DNA of 64,000 nt from Lama guanicoe (lineage: Eukaryota). A program made the position numbers and the translations under genes. The stretch lies in NCBI GenBank assembly GCA_013239625.1, contig MU056000.1, forward strand, positions 14,722,851-14,786,850, written 5' to 3'. Shown here one piece after another: positions 25,060 through 37,199 of the stretch. The notes beneath the pieces are model-generated. The model was not told where the DNA came from, did not search any database, and was given only the letters and a program-made list of their open reading frames with translations. Position 1 is the stretch's first letter. Every line of letters starts with the position of its first letter.

Positions 25060-25442
25060 CAAGAAGACGGAAAGAACTCAGAGTCAGGAGGCCAGAAGAG
25101 GGAGCTCTCACATCCTACAATAATAGCGGAGCCCAATAGGAAGAAAGACTTCTTGCTTTGCAAAAGCTCAGTCAATGAGAGACTATTACAACTTAGCCAG
25201 TGAAAAGCCTTTAACTTTAAACTCTCAGTTACTCGAATGGACTCTTTCTTTACTATAGCCCAACTGGCTTCTTTTTCCCTTCTTTAAAAAAGTTATTTTT
25301 GCCTTGTCTCAGAGGACTTGCACATGGCTTGCTATGGTTGCAGACCCTGAATTGCTATTCTTTGCTGATCCTAAATAAACCCTTTTTTTTTTTTTTTTTT
25401 TGCTGGAGAAATAACTGTCAGTCTATTTGTTTAAGGTCAGTA
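25060..25442 (+). mobile_element. Solo ERV1-type LTR, copy 2 (same family as 16001-16399)
   Basis: Shared blocks: 'gagtcaggag', 'gggagctctca', 'caatgagagact', 'aaactctcagtt', 'ggacttgca', 'cagaccctg', 'aataaac'+polyT, 'aaataactg', 'ctatttgttt'. Confidence 0.85.
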
Positions 25443-25624
25443 CTACATCTAGGAATTACCTAGCTCTGGAGGGGCAATCTTTCTGCTGCCAGCTAGTCAC
25501 CCCCAATATGTCAAAATATTATAATATATAAAAATTACAATTAGTAAAACATAGTTGTTCTGTCTAGAGTTTGAAAGAAGAAATTTCATCTCAAAACAAT
25601 CCTGATTTGTTCTCAGATTTTCTG

Positions 25625-26070
25625 TGTTATAGGTTGAATTGTATACCTCTAAAAGATATTGAAGTCCCAACCCTCAGTACTTCTGAATTTGACTTTATTT
25701 GGAAAGAGGGTCTTTGTAGATGAACAACTTAAGACAACGTCATTAGCGCCAGGACTAAACCAGTATGTTTGGTGGCCTAACAAAAAGGGGAAATTGGGGC
25801 ACAGAGACAGAGTCACAGGGGGAATACCAGATGGCGACTGGAATAACAGTGTCACAAGTAAAGAACACCAGAGACTGGGGGTAATTTTGGGGTAATTCAC
25901 CAGAAGCTAGAAGGGAGGCGTGGCACAGATCCTTCTCTCACAGACCTCAGTGGGAGCTGACCCTGGAGGCACCTTGATTTAGGACTTGCTGTCTCCAGAA
26001 CTGTAAGAAAATAAATTTCTGTTTAAGCCACCCAATGAATGGTACTTTGTTACAGCAGCAACTATGAAAT
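25625..26070 (+). mobile_element. MaLR LTR MLT1C-like
   Basis: 'tgttataggttgaattgt..ttatttggaaagagggtctttgtagatg..caccagaagctagaag..ctccagaactgtaagaaaataaatttctgtttaagccaccca'. Confidence 0.92.
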
Positions 26071-27659
26071 GAGTATGCCTTATTTCTCACGTTTTCATCT
26101 ACCAGAGTTCTCTACAAAGGTGGCCAAATCCCTTACTTTTCTGGGCTCTATTAACGGCCCCCATGGAGGCTGCTCAGGAAGGCAATGGCATGAAGTGGGG
26201 GCATTTCATCTGAGACCAGAAGTTATGAGGACACTTTGCCTGGACAGTTGAAGACTAATAAATTAGAGATAAATGGAAGACATCAAAGTAATTATACAAG
26301 TACCCCAAATATATGTCCAGTAAAAAGTCTAAATACAGCTCACAAATGGACACACACACATTTTATTTAAGAATATTTTAGGCCATGTCAACATTGTATT
26401 CATGGTCCTTTTCTATTTTTCTCTTTGAATCATATTATTCACACATTAGCAAAGCTATTTTAATATATGAGAAAGATAAAAATGAGGAACAAGTTTCCTG
26501 ATTTCAGTCATGTTTCTCCCACTCAACCTCCTGTATAGATATGGCAATTGACTGACAATTCTGAACAATGAAGAATAGTAATTTAAATTAGATTTTAAAA
26601 ACTGTTTAATAGCTACATTAACAAATTTGTCCAAGCTGTCATAATGCAGCTCTTTAATACAGGGATGCAAATAATTTTAATTATCATTTAAGAGAAGCAC
26701 AGAAACAATATTTAGTCATTACTTAACAAAAATAACAATTCATTTAGTCACATACTCTCTTTTACTTCTGAGTTTATCACTGAGGGAAATCTAGCATTCT
26801 GCATCTTATAAAGCAATGTACTCTTTTTTACCCTGGAGGAATATGTAACCTTTCACATGCTTTCACTATTTTATAACATATATGCTAATTTTTTTTGAAA
26901 TTTGAGAACAAAAATGAGCAAAATATAAAAATTCATATAAACATCTCTTTAGGTATTCTTAACATTTTACATATTGTAAATTTTATATGTAGAATCCTTA
27001 TCTGTTTTTATTTCTTCATAGTTTCTACCTTGTTGTTGATATTACTGCACCATAGAATAGAGAATCTATTCTAGTAGAACTATAACTACTTGGCAAACAC
27101 AATATTGATTAATTATCCAGCTTGATTAATTTTTCAGGATTGATCATGATTATAACCTCTGACTCAAAAGAAAAACACATTATAATTTTTAAAATATGCT
27201 TTTCTTATATGAAAGTGATGGCTATGTTTAATTTAATATTCCTATTTCAATTATAGTAATGTTTGTTGCAAAGCTACACGTGTATTTCTTTCAACCAGTT
27301 CTATTCATATTATTAATGTTACAATAGTTTAAGTCAATAATCTTATTTGCTAATATTGGTTTAGTTCTAACAACATCCATCATTGTTTAACAATCTGTTG
27401 GAGTGCTACAAATTTATGTACTTATATTATAAAGGCTCCTTTTGGCAACAGATAATTCATAAAGAGATGCTTTATTAAGTGTCATCAAATAAGGTTTACG
27501 CTTTCTTGATTCAAGAACAATTTGTGTTTTGATGAAAAATAATATATCATAACAGATTACATTTATTTTATATAAAGAATAACTATTAGGGATGATATTT
27601 CTGTAGTGATACTATAACTTTGATATTCATTAATGCTTATACAGTGGTGTATTTTATCA

Positions 27660-27686
27660 TGTGTGTGTGTGTGTCTGTGTGTGTGC
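27660..27686. repeat. (TG)n microsatellite, interrupted
   Basis: tgtgtgtgtgtgtgtctgtgtgtgtgc. Confidence 0.9.
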
Positions 27687-27819
27687 ATGATTTACCCTGA
27701 GTATATGTCCTATAGTTTTAAAAACAATATCAAAATGCATAAATTGGATTTTGAAGCATGGAGGGAATATAATTATGAAAGCAATTAATGTTCTTTAAAT
27801 ATTCAAATACCAGCTTTCT

Positions 27820-28172
27820 GATTTCTGAACATATAATAGAATTATACCTCCTAGCTCCCATGCAATTGGAGCCAAATGATTAATTCTGATTTAAAAGTTA
27901 TAAGTGACTAGAACATCTCATTTACAGGACAGAGCCTTTACTAATGAATCAAAGCTTCCAGAGCTTTCTTTTCTTATACCATGATATCTGGCAGAATGTG
28001 GGATGTGGTGGCTATATGAACCCAGATCCCTAAATTACTACAATGAGGAGAATTAACAGCCCATCTATCCAACTGAAAATGATCAATAAATAAACTTTTG
28101 TCATGTTAAGACATTATATTACTCAAACATTGTTTACTAGTATAAAATAACCTCTCCTATCCTGATTTACAT
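27820..28172 (+). mobile_element. Old MaLR LTR (MLT1I/J-like)
   Basis: 'gatccctaaattactacaatgaggaga..aataaacttttgtcatgttaagaca..cctatcctgatttacata'. Confidence 0.6.
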
Positions 28173-28499
28173 AACAACATTCACCTTTTCCATATGCATA
28201 TAATATGGTTATTTACTATGAAAATATAGTTCAAGTTTCAATGTGGTACTCTGAAAGGCAGAATCCAAAACTGCACGACATATATTTGCATAACAAAATA
28301 TTCCTTCAATTTTTATATTGACAGTGGGATGATGTTCTCATTTCTTTTATTTCTCAAAATAACAAAGTGAGAATGACTTTATGCCTTGCAATTAGCTCAG
28401 GTATGGAGAAATGTAAGGATTACATGGAAAAGGATACTATTAATATAAAATATAACACAAACAAAATAAACTCAGAAAAAATTATAAGGATGATATTAA

Positions 28500-29090
28500 T
28501 AATACTTATTATGAAACCAGCAAAAATTTATTTTTATTCAATAGTTTGTATGTGTCTGTCATTCTTAAGTGATTTATATACAATATCTCATTTAATTCTT
28601 ACAGTAATGTCATATAAATTACTAATATGATTATCATTTTTCAGATAATAAAAACTAAGGTTTAGAGAGGTGTTATGGTCTGAATTGTTTCCCCCTCAAA
28701 TCCATCTGTTGACATTCCAACCCCTAGTACCTCAGAATGTAACCAAATTTGGAGGCAAGACTAGAAGGGGATTAAGTTAAAAGCAGGCAGTCAGGCTGGG
28801 ACCCTAATCCAGTATGACTGGTGTCCTTATAAGAAAAGGAAGAGACACCAGTGATGCAGGCACACAGAGAAAAGGCTTTCATACACAAGCCAAGGAGAGA
28901 GGACTCAGGAGAAGCCAAACATGCCAACACCTTGACCTTGGACTTCCCTCCAGAACTGTGAGAAAATAAATACCTGTTGATTAAGTCACCCAATGAGGGG
29001 TGGTAATTTACTCAAAAGTCACAAAAAATATGAGTGACAGAGAGAGTGTTTGCACCTGGAGTGTTTAATCAGAGTCAGCCCTTATATCCC
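28500..29090 (-). mobile_element. MIR SINE split by MLT1B
   Basis: 'atctcatttaattcttacag..attttcagataataaaaactaaggtttagagagg' before the LTR, and 'gtaatttactcaaaagtcaca' after it. Confidence 0.7.
28671..28995 (+). mobile_element. MaLR LTR MLT1B-like
   Basis: 'tgttatggtctgaattgtttccccctcaaatcc..ccctaatccagtatgactggtgtccttataagaaaagga..ctccagaactgtgagaaaataaat'. Confidence 0.92.
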
Positions 29091-30780
29091 CAACATTCCT
29101 TGAAGTCTGAATAATTCCTTGTGGTAGCAAATCTTTTTTGTTACGTACCTTCTTCTGTAACAACTATTGTTCAGCAAGACAAATGCCATCATCCTATTTC
29201 CCCAGATTACAATTTTAATTTAGATCACAAATTCACTGCCAAACATCTTTTGAGGACACAGTGGATATCTGAATTAAAATGACTTAAGTAACAGAGTTTA
29301 TATGGTATGTGATCATCTGACTTACTCTTCCAAATGGATACGAATTCCTCTGAATGAGGGAAGTAAACTGCTGAAAACTCAACAGAGTATATATGGAAAA
29401 TTTCCAAGGATGATTACATTTTTATGTAAATTTATATGATTTAAGTTACCTCTGTTTCTAGCCAAGATTCTCCTCTGAGCTTCAAACTGCTTACTTAACA
29501 TCATCAAAGTTAAGATAATCAAATTAGTACTTTTATGCAATTAAAATAAATTCTTATATTTAGGGTCAATATTTCAGTTCCTGTCTAATGTTAACAAATC
29601 TACAATAACTTGAAAGTCTTTGTTTACGTGAAATATTGTTAATAATAGAGGATGTTCTGTAACTCAAATGATAAGTTTAAATATTTCAAATTTATATTCC
29701 AGTTTTGAATTATCAATGGTTCATGTTACTGAGTCCATGTGTGTTATTTATGTTTGGCTCATCATTATCATCATAAAGTAGAGCAAAAGGAAAATAACAT
29801 GAATTGAATCAGTCTAACTGTGAAAATGTTACTTAACCATTCCTTCGTAATTGAAGATCTCTCAAAACCAACTGTATATCTAGCAAGCATCTATAATAAA
29901 AGTTTACTTCTGATTATCCCTACCTAAATCAGTATTTCAATAAAAATAAATACAGCAGTTTCCTATAATGGAGAAATGTCACAAATTTAGATAATGGAAG
30001 CTATGGAGACAATTAGATGATCAAATAATTTAGGGCCCTCGGCCATCTTGCAAATGAATTCTAATCTGTATTATTATTTACCAGACATTTGAAAACATTG
30101 ACTTTTCATGCTGAAGGTAATCTCCTGGCAGCGCTGGGGAGTGGGGCTGGTGGGGAGGGAGTCTTATATTTTCTTTTTCCTTTCCTCTTCCCTCCATTTG
30201 GCTTTGCACCTGCCTAGAGCAAAGAGATTCACACTCCATTCATTGCCTCCCATTGTTTAGGGGAGTAATGGCAAAATCACAAGAAGACAATGCGAAGGAG
30301 ATTTTCTCAAAATATAAAATTAGGCTCAGTTTTTCACTAGTGGATTTTTCTCTTTGTGATTAGCTTTTCCCACTTCTGCTAGAGGGGTTCATTCGAGGGA
30401 AAGACAAGTTTGCTGTGATCCCACAGAAAGTTTCAACACAGTACACTATAGCAAGAATTCTTCCCTTATTCTTTACATGATTTGAAGAGGAATCTAATGA
30501 TATACAAAGAAATAACATGTTTGTTATTATACGATTGCATGTTTATATTGGCAAAATGGACTTCACTGTGGTGCTGTTCACCTTTCACATTTAGGTGTAT
30601 TCAAAATATTTGCTAATTTCTAAATAATGCACGGATAACACATGAAGATCATCTCAAAACTACAGCAAAAGAGTCAAGCTAGTTAATATAGAAATAGGAG
30701 ATTTAAGAGACCAATTCATCCTCCTCCTTCTACTTAACAAGATCTGTTCCATAAATAATCAACCCATAGTTGGAAAAGAT

Positions 30781-30955
30781 CAGTGGTTCTCAACGGGGAC
30801 AGTTCTGCCCCTGGGGTGTATTTGCTGACATTTTTGATTCCCATAGTTGGGGGAGATGGAGGCTGCTACCGATTTCTGGTGTGTTGAAATCAAAGATGAC
30901 GTCCAGCATCCTATAAGGCACAGGACAGCCCTGTAACAATGTGCTAGTCCTGACC
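30781..30955. mobile_element. MER20 hAT MITE (partial)
   Basis: 'cagtggttctcaacggggacagttctgccccctgggg..gacatttttgattcccata..catcctataaggcacaggacagccc'. Confidence 0.85.
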
Positions 30956-31955
30956 CCCGCATACATCCCCTCATCCATTCCTTCTTTTCAGGATCACACT
31001 TATACATATGCACATGAATGCTTTGTTCACTGCTGTATATCCAGACTTAAAGAAGTATCAGGCACATAGTAGGTGTATTATACCTATTTGTATTATATCT
31101 GTATAAATGCTACCCAATCATTAAGATTAAAAGATTAATATATTATCTTACTATTAAATCCATTTTAAAACGCCTCTTTAGAAAACAATTAAGAAATTCT
31201 CAATTTTATAGTCATTTTAGCTTTCTAGTAGTTCAGTGTAGCTACCAAATAGGTGTTTTGATTTTTGTTTTTAATAAAAATACTCAGCTTTGCTATGACT
31301 GCTGGACTTCTGTTTATGTCAGTTCTAAGATATGTCAAATCTATGAGTCATACTAGATCATGTCTGCCTTTTCAATTGTTCCAGTGTTGTTTTACTCTGT
31401 GACTGGGATGCCTGAATTTCACAGTATTCATCAATAACTCTCTCCACCTCAAGAACTTGTGAGAGAAATGACAGACGTATGGTGAGAATGTTGTATTGCA
31501 GTGAACAAGGTTATGATACATGGTGAATAAACAAATAAAAATAGAAAAAGCGGAGAGTAATTTCCAGATCTGATGGATGCTCTGGTTATATCACCTGTGC
31601 TTTCTAATAACAAACTAATAAAGCATGTTTTAAGAAACCTATAAATACAAAATTCTCACTGTTGCTACTTGAACAATTTTAGCTATAATACTGTAATTAA
31701 CTGCTATAATATTTGGTAGAAGGCTAACTTCTTTTTCACATGGGAACATTGTTTCTTTGCAATGTACAGATTTATAATTATTTCTTTTCATTCCCATCAA
31801 TATTGTATTGTAATAATACTGAATTTGACAGATGAAAATCATCTCTTTTTATTAATGGACTTTCCAGACAAAAATTAAGAACTTTTCAGCAATTATAATA
31901 ACTTAATATGTTTTTATTTACTATATAACACAAATGTCTCATGACCTGCACCTGT

Positions 31956-31979
31956 AAAAAATAAAGAAAAGAAAGACCA

Positions 31980-32011
<32 letters not shown>

Positions 32012-32013
32012 AA
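31956..32013 (+). repeat. Long A-rich / poly(A) tract
   Basis: Near-pure A runs at ~31979-32013. Confidence 0.9.
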
Positions 32014-33165
32014 GGAAAGACAAAGACAGGAAGGAAGGGAGAAAAGCAAAGAAAAATATATATTTAATAAGAAGCAGGAGGCAACAGAAGTGGAATTTAA
32101 AAAAAATTCAATGCTGGTAATATTTTCAAATGGCTAAGAATAACATAAACTCTTAAAATCTTGAAATGCACACTTTTTTCCTCAAAGAATAGTAGCACTT
32201 CAGCACTTTTCACTGTTGTCCAAAAAAAAAAAAAAAAGGCTTAAATACAGATGTTTCTTGCTGAATCACAGCTTTCCGTGTGTCTCTAAATCCATTTGAT
32301 AGCAATTCAATGGTCTTATAGGTTCCACTGGTGGTTGCTGACTTCTGGATGTGTAATGGAAATAGACTATGAATAAAATTTTACCAGTCTGTCATGAAGG
32401 AAGAAAAATATGGGCATAAACGATGGTTTTCCATGAAGCTAGTTATTTAATTTGAAAGCAGCGATCTTTGTCTGATTTAACACATTTGCTATTCTATAAT
32501 ATTAAAATGTCTTCTGCATTGTTGATGTGTTTTTTTTTCCCCCATCCTTACTTGTCAAAAAAAAAAAAAAGATTGCAAAGCTGTATTTGTTCTTATAATT
32601 CTTCTGGAAAGTTATCGTTTGTGATATTCAATAATACATTAGACCATTGTTTGCATCAGTAAAATATTCCAGGGACACTCTATTGCACTTTCTTTTTTGT
32701 CTCAATTACATATCGTGTGTGAATATTACTGTATTTGAATACTTTCATTCAACCATTGCAGTTTTAAAGATATTACCTGATTTTACAGTGCTCATTTTAA
32801 TATGAATGAAAGCAAAAGGGAAAACTGGACCCTATTATAATTTTATTCTACTCATTAATGCATGCTCACAATATAATTAGTATTTTGAGCATTATTCATT
32901 AACTAGATGGCTGATATATTACGGGCTCAGATCTATGTTGAAGTGTGAGAAGGGAAGGTGACTTTATAAATCACAGTATTAAATAATATTCATAGAAAAA
33001 TAAAAATTTTACTAAAGTATTCAAAAATATTGCTTGGATTTCTCTAAGGCATTTCCTATATTACTGTCACAACTCTAATTTCTTGCTTTACTTTCCTATC
33101 GATTAATCTACATTTAAAACACATCTTCAGATTTCAAAAATACTTATAAAATGATATTCTCTTCT

Positions 33166-33740
33166 GTTATGTAAATGAACCAAAGATGGCCTCTATGTTT
33201 GGTCACCAGGTTGTTTATTTCTTCACTGCAGGGTTAGACTCATTTGCTCAAAAGCCCACTGGTGCCAAGCTAAATTTCTTTTCATGCGCACATATTTCCA
33301 AAACAATCCAAACAAGCAAATTTTTAGCCATTTAGAGCCTGCCTATGTTGCGTACCTCGTGAAACCTTACCCAGTATCTACAGGCTATTGATAGGATAGA
33401 GTCTTGCAGTTATATAAGATCCTAACTTGGGACTGCCTTTTTGAGCTCTCGGACACAAAGACTCCCTGGCATTATGCTGAGCACATCACCTACACATTTA
33501 AGCCCACTTTCTGGGTCCGCACTTCCCCAAAGTTCTTTTACCCTTTTTTCCTTCTGGGTGATGCCCCCTGCCCACGCCCACCCCAGCCTCTGGATAATCT
33601 CCAACTGTGAGAAATTTCTTCTGCCGTGAAAGCCTGTTCAAATATCTCCCAAAAAACCTTTTTGTATGATAATGCCTCTTTTGTTCACATCTTTTTGCTT
33701 GATCAGCCCTCAAATCCGTTGAACTATAAAACCTCCTTCA
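33166..33740 (+). mobile_element. ERV1 LTR, MER90/MER89-like
   Basis: 'accaaagatggcctct..gttgtttatttcttcactgcagg..gctcaaaagcccactgg..tttttagccatttagagcctgcct', with TATA-like 'ttatataaga'. Confidence 0.75.
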
Positions 33741-33956
33741 TCTTCACAAGTGTGTTTGAGGAAAATAAAATCGCCCTGTAAATCATGGGGCAGTAAAACA
33801 TAAAGAGTCAACATATAAGCTTTGCAGCAAGTAGAGTTTTTATTAGATTTTAAAATCTCTAAGTCTTGACACAGATTCATAAAAAAAAGGAAGCAAGCAA
33901 TAAAAAAATGAGCTAACTAGGGCCTTGTGAGAATTAAATCAATCTAAATTGGATTT

Positions 33957-34063
33957 TATATATATATATATATATGCATGCATTTATGTATAGAGATTAT
34001 ATACATATGCATGTATTCATGTACGAAGATAATACATGTGTGCATGTATTCATGTATGAAGAT
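33957..34063. repeat. (TA)n plus a two-copy ~31-bp tandem duplication
   Basis: atacatatgcatgtattcatgtacgaagat (34001-34030) and atacatgtgtgcatgtattcatgtatgaagat (34032-34063). Confidence 0.8.
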
Positions 34064-34129
34064 GTTTGGCACAATGACTGCTTTAAAATGTATGATTTAA
34101 TTTAATTTAATGTCCATCCTAACTCTGAG

Positions 34130-35570
34130 TCTTACATATTCAGCTTTCTATCATACATCTCCACTCCAGTGTCTAATAGACATTTCAAACTTGAGATATC
34201 CAAAACTGAACTCCTGATTTTCATTCCTGCTCAGGAGGCTTTTTTTTTCCTTTGGCAACCTTAACAGTTTCTGAAAATTCTAACTTGCGTAAGCTAAAAT
34301 ATTGATGGTATTCTTGACTCCTCTCTCCCAACACTCTTCTAAACCATTAGCCCGTCTTTCTACTATTATCTTCAAAAGGTAATCAGAATTGGACCATTCT
34401 AGCTGAGTGTACTTTTGTATTTCACATGGCAAAACAGTTTCTTATTGGTACTGTAATAAATTGCCGTAAGTTTTGTGACTTAAATAACACATATGTGTTA
34501 TAGTTCTGGGGATCAGAAGTCTGAAACGAATTCCATTAGGCTACAACTAATATGCTGGCAGGGCCATGCTCTCTCTGGAGGCTCTAAGGGGGGAAATCTA
34601 TTTTCTTACCATTTCTGGTTTCTGGATGCAACCAGAAAGGGTTCATGGACCCTTTCACCATCTTTAAGCAAATCACTCCAACATCTGTTTCCACTGTCAC
34701 GTATCCTCTCCTTGAATTGAACCTCATGATGCTTCCCTTGTTAGAAGGATCCTTGCGATTACGTAGGTCCCACCCAGATAATCCATGATCACCTCCGTAT
34801 CTCGACATCCTTAACTTCATCATATCTACAAAGTCCCTCCCTTTCGCTGCAGAGGGTAATATTCACAGGTTTCATGCATTAGGACGTGAATATTTGGGGC
34901 TGTATTATCCAGCCTACACACAAGACATTTTGCAATAGCCCTTAAAAATTCTTCCTACTTCTCTTGTGTCTTGTATTCTCTGCATGGTGAAGAAAGTGAT
35001 ACTTTTAAAACACAAAGAATGTTATACCACGGTTTTCAAAACCCACCAATTGCTTCTCATCTAAACCAAAGTAAGCTAAAGTTCTTACTGTGGCTAAGGC
35101 CCCAAATGATGAAGGCTCTTTATCATCACCCAGGGGTCCCGCCTCCCAGCATTCTATCCCTCACTCCGCTTCAGCCACACTCACCCTCTCCAAACTTGAG
35201 ACATTTTCTGTTCTTTCTTCCTACAGTTCTTTTTGAGATTGATGTGTGATTGCTTCTCTCACTTCCTGCTCAATTGCACTGCTACAAAGAGGCCTTTTCT
35301 TACTACTCTAAATAAAATAGCAATGCTTTTCCACCCCCTGAACTCCCTTGATGACTTTCCCATGATTTATTTAACTCCACAGCACTTATTACCAGTTAAT
35401 AAGTTATTTGTTTTTGTTGTTGTTACTGTTTATTTTATGTTTGTTTATTGTTAGTCTTTCCAGATTCTCCCATCACAGGAGAAACATTGTAAATATTGTT
35501 CACCTCTGTATCTAAGCTCTTAGAACAGGCTTGGCATGAAGAAGACACTTGATAAATACTCCTGGAATGA
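34130..35570 (+). mobile_element. L2a fragment interrupted by an MLT1 LTR
   Basis: 'catctccactccagtgtctaatagacatttcaaactt..tccaaaactgaactcctgattt'. Resumes ~34925 ('ctcactccgcttcagccacact') and ends 'ttagaacaggcttggcatgaagaagacacttgataaatac'. Confidence 0.8.
34432..34920 (-). mobile_element. MaLR LTR MLT1D-like
   Basis: 'atagttctggggatcagaagtctgaaa..tctggaggctctaagggg..ggtcccacccagataatcca..tattcacaggtt..attatccagcctacaca'. Confidence 0.88.
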
Positions 35571-35732
35571 CTACAATATTATTTCTTCCATTCTTAACAT
35601 CTCCAAAGTTCAAATACTTAAGTGTAATAGCATTGGTACAATGTATCCAAAACTCAATATGGTAAGTATATCTGAATTATCAAGGCACCCATTTATTACT
35701 CTAACAATTGATATCCAAATATTCCTGGTGAT

Positions 35733-36180
35733 TATACTAGTTTCCTAAGGTTGTCCAAACAAAATGCCACAAACCAGGTTGCTTAAAATAGTGGAAACAT
35801 ATTATCTCAGATTTCTGAAGGCTGTAAGTTCAAAATTAAGCAGAGTCATACTTCCCCTGAAACCTGTAGAGAGATCCTTTCTTGCCTCTTTCTAGCTGGG
35901 GTAGCTGTCTTCCTCTGGTGTCCTTTGTCTTGCAGCTGCTTCACTTCAGTCTATGCCCCTGCCATCACATGGCATTTTCTTGTGTGTCTCCACTTTACGT
36001 GACTGTCTTCTTAAGGGAATACAAGTTATATGGGACTAGGGAGCAACTCTACTCCAGTATGTCACCTTAACTTAATTAATTATATCTGCAGTGACCCTAA
36101 TTCCAAATAAGGTCACATTCTAAGATAGAGGGAGTTAGCGCTGCAAAGTCTTTCTGGGGGACACAGTTTATCGTTTAACA
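35733..36180 (-). mobile_element. MaLR LTR MLT1C-like
   Basis: 'tactagtttcctaagg..gccacaaaccaggttgcttaaaa..ctactccagtatg..gaccctaattccaaataaggtcacattct..gggggacacagtt'. Confidence 0.9.
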
Positions 36181-37199
36181 ATGATTATAGTGATTCTCAA
36201 ATATACAAGCCATTGTTTAATATATATCAGTACGTTGCATATTTTTATCTAATTAGATTTTGAAAAACTGCTCTTTTGAGTTTTGATGCAAATTTATTTA
36301 TAGTGGCATGTTTAGAAAAAGATCCTGAATATTGAATGTGGTTCTAATCATTTAATTTATTAAAGCTGTTAATATTATCATCATAAATTATTATCCATGA
36401 TGAAATAAATTGCATGTTCATAATCATCTTATTTACATATTGCATATTCACTTTTGCTAAAACCCCACTATCTTTTCAAACTTCACGTAAATAGCAATTT
36501 CATAGTAATAACACGTGTTTCAATAAATAAATGTGAAGCATTTAGAAGTCATAGAATCGCAGGTATATGATGTATTTTGATACAAAATTTCAATAGTATA
36601 GACATTCTTGTGGGATATGTTTATTTTTTCACCATATTCTAATTGCAGTAACTTGGCTGAGGAAAAGTATTATTACTAAAAATGTTTTCTTTTCCTTAGG
36701 TTCACATAATCAAGAATCTCCTAGGTTCTTTACCAAAGCCCTTGGCTTTGCTTGTGACAAATATTACAACCACCAGTACATTTAAAAATCAGTTTCATAC
36801 TGTCTAATATTTGTATACAGGTTTAGCTGGCAAAAAAAAAGGGTATGGAAGCTCAGTCATGATTTGTATGACTAAAATAATTGCAATGCAACCCATGAGT
36901 ATAAAATATTTTTATAATAATTTAAGCTAATTGTTTTGTTCTACCTACAGTGAATTTAAGTAAATATGCAAAAATGAAGATATACACATCAAAACAATTC
37001 AACAAAATAGGATTTTGCATTAATAGTGTGCTACCTCTAAAATTCTAGGTTCTTTAACCCATTCTGTTATCTACCTCTGAAGTAAGTTTTCTCTCGCTCT
37101 TGTCATCTGCAGAAAAACCAAGCTCTTTGTTCCTAAACAGTTCCTGTGATTGACCCATTAACCAAACAAAAATAATATTCTTAATTGCTTGGTGGGGGA

